Shown: piece by piece, positions 1-8,135 of the stretch
Layout of the letters: each line of letters begins with the position of its first letter
Position numbering within the stretch: position 1 is the first letter of the stretch
DNA from: a bacterium
GTDB lineage: Bacteria; Patescibacteriota; Minisyncoccia; Moranbacterales; UBA1568
Reading direction: 5' to 3'
DNA length: 64,000 bases
Assembly (NCBI GenBank): GCA_021821305.1
Contig: JAKACP010000001.1
Span: 260,934 to 324,933, forward strand
Position numbers and translations under genes: made by a program
The notes under the pieces: generated by a model
The model's input: only the letters and a program-made list of their open reading frames with translations
What the model was told of the DNA's origin: nothing
Databases searched by the model: none

Positions 1-56
1 AAAAAACGATAGAATGGACAGTACGTTCTTTTGACACCGCAGGGCTGGAGGGTCTT

Positions 57-242
57 AGCAACTGTTCAAACTCTCACCGCACAAGTTAAGAGAAGAGATT
101 CCGCTTGTCGGATGAAATCCGAAAATTTCGGCTGCAAACCCTTCACGTCTCGTCGGGGTACGACAGTAACCCTTCTCGACGTTCACGGTTTTCGCTCGAA
201 ATTTTCGGATTTCATCTCGACATGAGAATTTGAACAGTTACT
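57..242 (-). repeat. ~186-nt nested palindromic element (family A, copy 1), MITE/RPE-like or structured RNA
   Basis: Terminal IR AGCAACTGTTCAAACTCTCA / TGAGAATTTGAACAGTTACT; internal IR GATGAAATCCGAAAATTTCG / CGAAATTTTCGGATTTCATC; reverse complement is colinear with 46198-46382. Confidence 0.85.
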
Positions 243-261
243 TAATGATTAACTGCCAATT

Positions 262-1038
262 ATGCAGGAAATCGGTTTGGTCGGAGGGGATGAAGAAGCG
301 AATAAACGTCGAAAAAAATCAATCCGAGTGTATCCGAAGCGACGCGTGAGACGCGCCCTTTTTCTTTCGGGTATGTTGTTCTCGCTGGGAGCGTCGGTAT
401 TCGCTCTCGCTCCGGAAATCGGCACGGAGGAGCGCATGGATGCGCCTTCCGAGCGCATTTCCGATATCAGGAAGGAACTGTGCATCATCCGTCTTGAGCG
501 GGGATTCTGGGAGTCATTCGCGGAGCGGGATACGGAGAGCCGGCAGTCCGATGGGATGGCCGAGTGCGTGGACCTGGTCTACGGAGAGGAGTCGCTCGTT
601 TCGACGAGCGTGACCGATCTTGAGAACGAGATACGACTGCTCGTAGCCGGTACGCCGATGGAGGCGATGGCCCCCCATATCGCGCGCTTCGACCGCGAAA
701 TAGCCGCGCTCCTGGTCGGTATCGCCAAAAAGGAATCGAGCTGGGGTCAGAGGGTTCCTCTCGATGCCGCCGGGGAGGATTGCTTCAATTATTGGGGATA
801 CAAGGGGGCGGGAGCCCGCGGTGTCGCCATGGGGCATGGCTGTTTCGGGTCTCCGGAGGAAGCGGTCCGGATGGTGGGCAACCGACTCGTCGAACTCGTC
901 GCACTGCGACAGACGAGCGAACCGGAGAACATGATCATCTGGAAATGCGGTTCCTCGTGTGCCGGGCACAGCCCGGAAAGCGTCCGGAAATGGATCGCCG
1001 ATGTCGATCTGTATTACCAGAAAATCGTGAAGCTCTAG
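262..1038 (+). CDS. Membrane-anchored protein with putative lysozyme-like (GH73/SLT-like) C-terminal domain
   Basis: 258-aa ORF; N-terminal TM; IAKKESSWG, NYWG and FxSPEEAV motifs resemble lysozyme-fold muramidases. Confidence 0.55.
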   Translation: MQEIGLVGGDEEANKRRKKSIRVYPKRRVRRALFLSGMLFSLGASVFALAPEIGTEERMDAPSERISDIRKELCIIRLERGFWESFAERDTESRQSDGMAECVDLVYGEESLVSTSVTDLENEIRLLVAGTPMEAMAPHIARFDREIAALLVGIAKKESSWGQRVPLDAAGEDCFNYWGYKGAGARGVAMGHGCFGSPEEAVRMVGNRLVELVALRQTSEPENMIIWKCGSSCAGHSPESVRKWIADVDLYYQKIVKL

Positions 1039-1081
1039 CGGCAGACATGCGAGCGATCAGCCGTCCGATACGGGGCGATGG

Positions 1082-1111
1082 AGCACTTCGGCGATCCGCC
1101 GGGGTGCTTTT
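1082..1111 (+). terminator. Intrinsic terminator
   Basis: AGCACTTCGGCG-ATC-CGCCGGGGTGCT followed by TTT. Confidence 0.65.
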
Positions 1112-1142
1112 CCTTTCCCGTCGGTTGAGGTAGAATGACGGC

Positions 1143-2084
1143 ATGACATGGATATTCATCGCGCTCGGCGGATACTTCTTCAATGCTCTCGCGGCGCTGT
1201 TCGACAAACTGCTCCTTTCGGATAATCGTATAGGTTCTCCGGCGCTCTACGCGTTCTTCACCTCCCTCGTGAGCCTGTTCGCGATCGTTCTCCTCCCGTT
1301 CGGTTTCGTCTTCATGCTGCCCGATGCGGTCTTCCTTGGAGTCATTTCCGGCATTCTCTTCCTCCTCGGGCTCATCGCCTTTTATGCGGCGGTGAAACGA
1401 AGCGAGATATCGCGCGTCGCGCCGTTGGTCGGGGTTTCCGTCATCGGCTTCCTTTTCGTCGCGACCATCGTCCGAGGCGTCGCCGCCGGATACGAGTACG
1501 ATGCGGTCAGTATCATCGCGCTTCTCTTGCTCGCGGCGGGGAGTTTCTTTCTTGCGAAGCCCGGGAAAGGGGCGCATGATCCGAAGCTTGTCCGATTCGT
1601 GCTGCTCTCCGGCGCGCTTATGGCGGCCTCGCTCGTCGTGCTCAAGGAGTCCTATCTCCTCTCGAATTTCGCCACCGGATTCTTCTGGTCGCGGATGGGC
1701 ATGTTCCTCACGGGTATGAGTCTGCTCGCGTTTCCGGCGCTTCGCGGCCAGATCTTTTCCGGGAGCGACCGGCACGCGAAGCCGACGAAGCGCAACGCCG
1801 CGACGGCGACGCTCTTTTTCATGAACAAGGCGTTCGGAGGACTCGGCGCGTTCCTCATATCGTACGCGGTGTCGCTCGGGCCGGTGACGTTCGTGCAGGG
1901 GTTGAACGGAACACAGTTCGCGCTCGTCTTCCTGCTCGCGGTACCCCTCTCGATCCGGTATCCGGAAATTTTCCGGGAAGAGACCGATCGGAACACCATC
2001 ATCCAGAAGACGGCGGCGATCATCCTTATCGCCCTCGGCATCGCCCTCATCGCGACCAATGGACAGCTCTCCGGATTTCTCTAG
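1143..2084 (+). CDS. EamA/DMT-family membrane transporter
   Basis: 313 aa, about 10 hydrophobic segments in two repeats; EISRVAPL and GPVTFV motifs. Confidence 0.75.
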   Translation: MTWIFIALGGYFFNALAALFDKLLLSDNRIGSPALYAFFTSLVSLFAIVLLPFGFVFMLPDAVFLGVISGILFLLGLIAFYAAVKRSEISRVAPLVGVSVIGFLFVATIVRGVAAGYEYDAVSIIALLLLAAGSFFLAKPGKGAHDPKLVRFVLLSGALMAASLVVLKESYLLSNFATGFFWSRMGMFLTGMSLLAFPALRGQIFSGSDRHAKPTKRNAATATLFFMNKAFGGLGAFLISYAVSLGPVTFVQGLNGTQFALVFLLAVPLSIRYPEIFREETDRNTIIQKTAAIILIALGIALIATNGQLSGFL

Positions 2085-2138
2085 GGATTCCGAGTGAACC
2101 CCCGGAGCGTCGAAAACAAACATTAATATGCAACCGTT

Positions 2139-3197
2139 ATGTGGAGAATTTGGCCGATAGTGAAAATTTTCGGGATGTTCCTTCTCGCGGTCGTGTTCCT
2201 CGTCGCCCTCCTGTTCGCGTATTTCAATCTGCCCGGGCCGGAGCCTCGGGAAGACGTGGAGTTGGGAGTGACCTTTTCGTATCGGTATGCCGAAAATCTC
2301 GGCTTGGACTGGAAAGAGACGTATACGGCAATCCTCGATGATATCGGCGTGCGGAAACTCCGGATCCCGGTGTATTGGGATGGCGTGGAGACGGAAAAAG
2401 GAGCGTATGATTTCTCGGCGATCGACTGGCAGTTGGAAGAAGCGAAAAAGCGCGATGCCGAGGTGATCCTATCCATCGGGCAGCGCGTACCGCGTTGGCC
2501 GGAGTGCCATATACCCGCATGGGTCGAGGACAATGGGGATGAGACCTATCGGGAAACCAGACTCCTTTCGTTCATGGAGAAAACCGTCGAGCGGTATCGG
2601 GATAATTCCGAAATAACGACCTGGCAGGTCGAGAATGAGCCGTTCCTGGTCTTTTTCGGTGAATGTCCGCAGTTTCGTCGGGGATTTCTCGATGAGGAAA
2701 TAGCGTTCGTCAGGAAGCTCGACCCTTCGCGTCCGATACTCCTTACCGACAGCGGGGAACTCTCGACGTGGTATCCGGCGGCGAAGCGCGGGGATATGTT
2801 CGGGACCACGATGTATCGGAAGATCCACAAGCCCGGGATAGGATACTATACGTACCCGATCGGTCCGAATTTCTTCCGGTTCAAGGAAAAGATAGTACGA
2901 CTCCTCACGAATCAGGAACGTTTCATCGTCATCGAACTGCAGGCCGAGCCGTGGGCGAACGGATGGGTGGGAGACGCGTCGCTTCAGGAACAGTTCCGGA
3001 CCATGGACGAGCATCAGCTCCGCGATATCGTGACCTATGCCAAACGGGTCCGTTTCCCGGAGGTATATCTCTGGGGAGCCGAATGGTGGTACTGGCTCAA
3101 GGAGAAAAAGGACTACCCGGCGGTGTGGGAGACGGCCAGGGAGATTTTCCGGGGTTCCCGCGGATCGGCCACGGCAGAAACAGCCGACAACAGATAA
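2139..3197 (+). CDS. Membrane-anchored clan GH-A glycoside hydrolase (GH5/GH42-like)
   Basis: N-terminal TM; LRIPVYW, YDFSAIDW, WQVENEP (acid/base Glu) and IELQAEPW motifs. Confidence 0.75.
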   Translation: MWRIWPIVKIFGMFLLAVVFLVALLFAYFNLPGPEPREDVELGVTFSYRYAENLGLDWKETYTAILDDIGVRKLRIPVYWDGVETEKGAYDFSAIDWQLEEAKKRDAEVILSIGQRVPRWPECHIPAWVEDNGDETYRETRLLSFMEKTVERYRDNSEITTWQVENEPFLVFFGECPQFRRGFLDEEIAFVRKLDPSRPILLTDSGELSTWYPAAKRGDMFGTTMYRKIHKPGIGYYTYPIGPNFFRFKEKIVRLLTNQERFIVIELQAEPWANGWVGDASLQEQFRTMDEHQLRDIVTYAKRVRFPEVYLWGAEWWYWLKEKKDYPAVWETAREIFRGSRGSATAETADNR

Positions 3198-3239
3198 GCC
3201 CTTGGAGGGGATCGAAAAGATCCCATAACATGAACGGGT

Positions 3240-3977
3240 ATGAAGAAAAAACAGAAACTGGCCATCTTCGACATCGACGGGACGATATTCCGCAAGAATC
3301 TCCATTTCGAGCTCATCAACGAGCTGTCATGGATCGGCGCGTTTCCGATGTCGGTCCGGCGGAAATTGACGGAGGTCTATTCGGGATGGCTCGCGCATGA
3401 AGGGACGTACGAGGATTATCGCAAGGCGATCGTCTCGCTCTACGCGGAACATATCAAGGGATGTACCGAGGAATCCGTCCGGAAAGCGAGTCAGATCGTC
3501 GTGCCGTTCCATGCGAAGCGGACGTACATTTTCGCCGAGGAGATGATCACGAAGTTCCGCAAGGAAGGCTATCACATCCTCGCCGTTTCCGGTTCTCCGC
3601 TCGAGATCGTCGAGGAGTACAACGAGAAGTATCTCAAATTCGATTCCGTATACGGGAGCGTCTACGAGCAGGACGAGGCCGGGCTCTACACCGGCGTCGC
3701 TTCGTTCGAGCCCTCGAGAAACAAGGGGGACATCGTGAAACAGTACGCGTACGAGCACAAGCTCGACCTCACGGATTCCTACGGTATCGGCGACACCGAG
3801 TCCGACATCAGCTTTCTCAAGCTCGTGGACCATCCGATCGCGTTCAATCCGAACCGGAACCTCCTCGACGCGGCGAAAAAGGAAGGCTGGCGCATCATGG
3901 TGGAAAAAAAGGACGTGGTGTATGATATGACGCAGTGCATCGAGGCGAAGAAGGACATAGAATTCCGATCGATATAG
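3240..3977 (+). CDS. HAD-IB family hydrolase (phosphoserine phosphatase-like)
   Basis: FDIDGT motif I, VSGS motif II, K, and GDTESD motif IV. Confidence 0.85.
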   Translation: MKKKQKLAIFDIDGTIFRKNLHFELINELSWIGAFPMSVRRKLTEVYSGWLAHEGTYEDYRKAIVSLYAEHIKGCTEESVRKASQIVVPFHAKRTYIFAEEMITKFRKEGYHILAVSGSPLEIVEEYNEKYLKFDSVYGSVYEQDEAGLYTGVASFEPSRNKGDIVKQYAYEHKLDLTDSYGIGDTESDISFLKLVDHPIAFNPNRNLLDAAKKEGWRIMVEKKDVVYDMTQCIEAKKDIEFRSI

Positions 3978-4095
3978 ATACGTATGAACCAGATGATAGA
4001 CAATTTCCTCCGTTCGACCCTGTGGATATGGCTTCCGTTCTATGCGTTCCTTTCGCTCCTGCGCGAGGCGACGGGCAAACCGAAAAAGTGAACAT

Positions 4096-4509
4096 ATGCT
4101 GAAACGATATCTTCCCGTGATCCGGGAAAAACGGATGGCGGCGTTCCTCCTCGTCCTCTGGATGGGGGTCATTTTTTCGTTCTCGTCGTTTCCGGGTTCG
4201 CCGGTCAAATATGAGATGCCGTTCACCCTGTATCTCGAGCGCAAGGGCGCGCACGTGTTCGAATTCTTCCTGCTCGCGCTTCTCGCTTGGAACGCGCTTC
4301 ATGCGTTTTTCCCGAAAGAAAAGAGGAGCTTCCTGCTCAGTATCGTGGCGATGTCCGTGCTTTTCTACGCGTTCCTCGACGAGACCCACCAGATGTTCGT
4401 CCCAGGCAGGGAGGGAAAGCTCACCGACATATTGTACGACAGCAGCGGCATCCTGATCGCGATCACGGCGATTCTGTTCCTGACGAGGAAAAGGAAAATG
4501 GATCGGTAA
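4096..4509 (+). CDS. VanZ-family membrane protein
   Basis: RKGAHxxEF and DETHQMFVPGR...D motifs; start placed at CATATG (4096). Confidence 0.85.
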   Translation: MLKRYLPVIREKRMAAFLLVLWMGVIFSFSSFPGSPVKYEMPFTLYLERKGAHVFEFFLLALLAWNALHAFFPKEKRSFLLSIVAMSVLFYAFLDETHQMFVPGREGKLTDILYDSSGILIAITAILFLTRKRKMDR

Positions 4510-4519
4510 ACGATATGAC

Positions 4520-4554
4520 AAAAAACCCCGCTCTCATGGAGCGGGGAGTTTTTT
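4520..4554. terminator. Bidirectional intrinsic terminator between vanZ-like gene and rplT
   Basis: A6-CCCCGCTC-TCATG-GAGCGGGG-AG-T6 between convergent genes. Confidence 0.8.
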
Positions 4555-4578
4555 GATCTTTTATCCTGCATCTTCCGT

Positions 4579-4929
4579 CTACATTGTCTTCACCTTCTCG
4601 ATGAACGCCTTGAACGATTCCGGCTGCTTCATCGCGAGTTCGGAGAGCACCTTGCGGTCGAGCTCGATGTTCTTCGCCTTCTCGAGGGCGATGAATTCGC
4701 GGTATTTCACGCCATAGAGGCGGAGCGCGTTATTGAGCCGGGTGATCCAGAGTCTCCGGAACGTCCGCTTCTTGTTGTGGCGGTCGCGGTAGGCGTACGT
4801 GCCGGCCTTCATGACGGCCTCCTTCGCCTTGGTAAACAGCTTGCTCCGTCCCCATCGGTAGCCTTTCGCGGCTTTGAGGACGTTCTTGTGGCGCTTCTTG
4901 GTCATCACGCCGCGCTTCACTCGAGTCAT
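4579..4929 (-). CDS. rplT: 50S ribosomal protein L20
   Basis: MTRVKRG...AKGYRWGRSK...YAYRDR...FRRLWITRLN. Confidence 0.98.
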   Translation of the reverse strand: MTRVKRGVMTKKRHKNVLKAAKGYRWGRSKLFTKAKEAVMKAGTYAYRDRHNKKRTFRRLWITRLNNALRLYGVKYREFIALEKAKNIELDRKVLSELAMKQPESFKAFIEKVKTM

Positions 4930-5002
4930 ACTACGGTTCGATTAATCAATTAAGGGGATGATCGCTCGCGGATGTGTTCCGTCCGGGTGATCTGCTGGTC
5001 GC

Positions 5003-5200
5003 CTATGCGTAGGGGAGGGCTTTTTTGATGTTGTTCTCATCCTGCCGGACGGCGATACCGTGGTCGCTGCGCTTCTGCCGGGTGTCGTTGCCGGTGTCAC
5101 GGGAATTGTAGTGGTTGTGTCCCGTCGAGCGGCGCATGAGCTTTCCGCTGCCGGTGACCTTGATTTTCTTGCTGACGGACTTCTTGGTCTTCTGCTTCAT
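5003..5200 (-). CDS. rpmI: 50S ribosomal protein L35
   Basis: MKQKTKKSVSKKIKVTGSGK; lies between infC and rplT. Confidence 0.95.
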   Translation of the reverse strand: MKQKTKKSVSKKIKVTGSGKLMRRSTGHNHYNSRDTGNDTRQKRSDHGIAVRQDENNIKKALPYA

Positions 5201-5216
5201 GATATTGAGTGATGGA

Positions 5217-5765
5217 TTATTCCGGGACGATCATTATGCTGAAACCACGCTGGAATCTCTTCATTTCCTCCTCGACCTTGTAGGGTACGGAGAGGGTCCC
5301 GAGAAAGGCGTTGATCGCATCCTTGGCCCGATCGGGCATCGCCTTTTCGCGTCCGCGGAGAAGTATCTCTATCTTCACCTTGTGACCCTTCTTGAGGAAT
5401 TTCTCCGCCTGATCCTTCTTGAAGAGGAGATCGTGGCTGTCGGTCCGGAGTCCGAGGCGGATGCCTTTGATGTCGACCTTCTTCTGATTGCTTTTCGAGG
5501 CCTGTTCCTTCTTCGTCTGCTGATACTGGAACTTTCCGTATTCGAGAATCTTGCAGACCGGCGGGGTCGCCTGCGGCGAGACTTCGATCAGATCGAGATC
5601 GTCCTCGCGCGCCTTGGCGAGCGCGTCCGCCGTCGGCATCTCCCCGAGCGGCTCCCCATCAGCACCGATAAGGAACACGGTCGGCGAGAGGATCTGCTCG
5701 TTGGAGCGGAACCGTATGACGACCTGTGGCTTCGGTTTGGGTCGATTGTGGCGCCTTCGTCTCAT
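5217..5765 (-). CDS. infC: Translation initiation factor IF-3
   Basis: NEQI, DLIEVSPQATPPVCKILEYGKF, FLKKGHKVK; start is ATG 5765 or in-frame TTG 5780. Confidence 0.95.
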   Translation of the reverse strand: MRRRRHNRPKPKPQVVIRFRSNEQILSPTVFLIGADGEPLGEMPTADALAKAREDDLDLIEVSPQATPPVCKILEYGKFQYQQTKKEQASKSNQKKVDIKGIRLGLRTDSHDLLFKKDQAEKFLKKGHKVKIEILLRGREKAMPDRAKDAINAFLGTLSVPYKVEEEMKRFQRGFSIMIVPE

Positions 5766-5798
5766 TTGTTTCCGTGACAATCAAAAAACTTCTTAACC

Positions 5799-6201
5799 GG
5801 TGGAGTTGATGGGAATCGCACCCATGTCCAGATCGCGATTTTCCAAAACCTTCTACAAGCGTAGATCGCTTTCAGATTCCGGAGAAAAGCAGGAAAGCGT
5901 TCGAAAACCTTTTCTCAGGCCGTGTTTCTGTGCCGGGCTCTGCGGAAGAAATCAGGAAAGATCCTGCAGAGTCCGCCCGATTATATGACACCGGAGATCC
6001 CGTACCGGGCATCAGGGTTCCGATGGCTCGCACCCTTAGGCGCGGGCAAGTGCGAAGGACGGAGAGAACGCCGAAGCGAACGTCGCCTTCACTCTTGATA
6101 CGATGTTGGCAGTTATCGTGGTCGAAGGATTTTTTACGATGATCCCTTCACCATCGGCTTGCAGGTTTTGAATGAGCGCGCTGTCGAATCTATACAACCC
6201 C
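5799..6201 (-). ncRNA. ssrA: tmRNA; tag ORF 6110-6036 encodes (A)ANIVSRVKATFASAFSPSFALARA*
   Basis: 5' GGGGUUG pairs with 3' CAACUCC-ACC including the G3.U Ala determinant; GAUUCGAC near 5' end; T-arm AUGGG-UGCGAUU-CCCAU; adjacent to smpB. Confidence 0.93.
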
Positions 6202-6287
6202 CAGCCGCAACAACTTCTTCATTCCCGTTTGTTGCGCTTGGCGAATGTCTAAATCTTCTACTTTTGATGAAATCTTTTCTGTTGCGG

Positions 6288-6407
6288 AATTTCCAATTTC
6301 CAAATCACAATTTCCAAACAAATCCCAATATTCAATTTCCAAAAGAAACGCGTTCGTTAGTTGTGCTTTGTGGATTGTTTGGTTTCTGTGTTCTGGGCTT
6401 TGTGCTT
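6288..6407. repeat. Inverted pair of degenerate heptamer tracts
   Basis: Left arm AATTTCC AATTTCC AAATCAC AATTTCC AAACAAATCCC AATATTC AATTTCC; right arm TTGTGCT TTGTGGA TTGTTTGG...TTGTGCT. Confidence 0.8.
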
Positions 6408-6850
6408 TACGAACGCATTGCTCTTCCGATATCGCGGCCCGCTTCGCGCCGCTTGATCGTTTCGCGCTTGTCGTAGCTCTTTTTTCCCTTTCCTACGGCA
6501 AATTCGAGCTTTATGAGCTGCTTCCGAGTATACAATCGAATGGGTACCAGTGTCAAGCCGAGCACGCGGGATTTTCCTATCAATGAGCGGATTTCCGAAC
6601 GCTTGAGGAGGAGCTTGCGGGCGCGGGTGTCCTCGTGATGGGTGTCCTTGTGGGCATGGGCATAGGGAGGAATGAGGGAATTCGTGAGGTAGAGCTCGTT
6701 TCCTTTGACGGTGACGAACGCCCCCTTGAGGCTCACATGTCCGGTTTTCACCGATTTCACTTCGTTTCCCGTCAACGCCAAACCGGCCTCATAGCGATCC
6801 ATGAGTTCGTAGTCGAATGATGCCCGTTTGTTGATGGCGAGTACTTTCAT
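6407..6850 (-). CDS. smpB: SsrA-binding protein SmpB
   Basis: NKRASFDY, EAGLALTGNEVKS, RKLLL, GKKSYDKRE; start at ATG 6850. Confidence 0.97.
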   Translation of the reverse strand: MKVLAINKRASFDYELMDRYEAGLALTGNEVKSVKTGHVSLKGAFVTVKGNELYLTNSLIPPYAHAHKDTHHEDTRARKLLLKRSEIRSLIGKSRVLGLTLVPIRLYTRKQLIKLEFAVGKGKKSYDKRETIKRREAGRDIGRAMRS

Positions 6851-6971
6851 ATGTCTGGCATCAGTATGCGGTATCGGGTACGAAGTATCAAGTTTTTTTG
6901 TTTGACTGGAGGCCTCGCGGGAGGGTAAAATGAAGCCGTAACCAACCCTTTCGGTCAATAACGAGGAAACT

Positions 6972-8063
6972 ATGAAATTCGGAGAACAGCCGACATATTC
7001 ACGGCAGGCGTACGAGGACACCGAGAAAGGAATCCAGGATGTCAAAGACATCGCCCAAGGAAGTGACTCCGTCGAGGAGTTGCGTACGCTTGTCCAGGAA
7101 AAGAAAGGACTCGAGGCCCAGAAAGCCGAGCTTCATGGCCAGGCATGGGACGAGGCGAATGAGATGAACAAGGAACATGATGCTCTGGCACAAGAGAGCG
7201 CGGCGCAGGCAGAAACCGACGCGGCGGAAGTCGCCCGAATCCGAGCGGAGATTTTGGGAGAGAGTGCTGCAAGCGAAGCTGCATCCGTGGAGGTGGATTC
7301 CGATCCAACGAGTCCGGAATCGACAAACTTTGTTACAGAAATGTCTTTGACAGAGCAAAAGATTCAGGAAGAACAGAACATCCCGGAAGAGGAACCGGAT
7401 TTCTCCGAATACGAACAGGGAGTGGTTTCGGATATCCGAAATATGATGAAGTTGGATGATTTTTCCGGCGTGTTCAAACGGATTTTCAAGGAGCGAAAGC
7501 GGGCGGATCAGTATCAGGAGGCTTCATCGGGGCAAGCAGGCTTCTTCAAGAAGCTCATGGCGCCGAAGGGAGGTGCTGTTTGTGATATGGAAAAACTCGG
7601 GAGTGAAACGGAGTCGCTTCTTGAAGAGAGGCTCAAGGCAATCGTTGCCAAGGATGACCTTGATACCTATAAGCGGTACGTGTCCGCGGCGAAGAGCAAC
7701 GAGGCCGTTTTCGACACGGATCTCCCGGGAGGGTTTTCTTTTGGTGTAACGGACTTCGAATCGGTCGGACCGAAAATACAGGAGTTCAATTTCGGGCGAG
7801 CGAAGCAGGAAATATCTTCTTTCGATCAAGATTCATCAAATGTTTCCCTAGAGAATTTCGTTTCGGGACGAGCGCGCTTGTTTGGGAACGGTGATTCTCA
7901 ATTTCGGGAAGCAATACTGAAGTCTTCGGAGTCGAGAAAGCAGTTTCTGAAGTTGGCCAAAATAGTGAGTTCGCCCGACAGCATAAGTGGGAATACGGCC
8001 AGTCATTTACAAAGACTTGTTTCTGATGGGTATCTTACGCAAGCTGACATAGAGAGCCTCTAG
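6972..8063 (+). CDS. Hypothetical acidic coiled-coil protein
   Basis: 363-aa ORF, E/A/Q-rich N-terminal half, no recognised domain. Confidence 0.75.
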   Translation: MKFGEQPTYSRQAYEDTEKGIQDVKDIAQGSDSVEELRTLVQEKKGLEAQKAELHGQAWDEANEMNKEHDALAQESAAQAETDAAEVARIRAEILGESAASEAASVEVDSDPTSPESTNFVTEMSLTEQKIQEEQNIPEEEPDFSEYEQGVVSDIRNMMKLDDFSGVFKRIFKERKRADQYQEASSGQAGFFKKLMAPKGGAVCDMEKLGSETESLLEERLKAIVAKDDLDTYKRYVSAAKSNEAVFDTDLPGGFSFGVTDFESVGPKIQEFNFGRAKQEISSFDQDSSNVSLENFVSGRARLFGNGDSQFREAILKSSESRKQFLKLAKIVSSPDSISGNTASHLQRLVSDGYLTQADIESL

Positions 8064-8135
8064 GTGAATGGCGAGGAAAACGGAAGTACCTCTTCCGTTT
8101 TTGCCTTTCTCGTGAGATTCGGTTAGGATGGGGCT

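Noticed and set aside
6288-6407. Heptamer tracts as a CRISPR array
   Set aside because: 7-nt period with no repeat-spacer structure, and no cas genes in the window
6159-6586. ORFs 6159-6476 and 6245-6586, and the N-terminal extension of the 56154 ORF
   Set aside because: They are read-throughs of heptamer repeats or antisense to smpB/ssrA; the low-complexity translation is a repeat artefact
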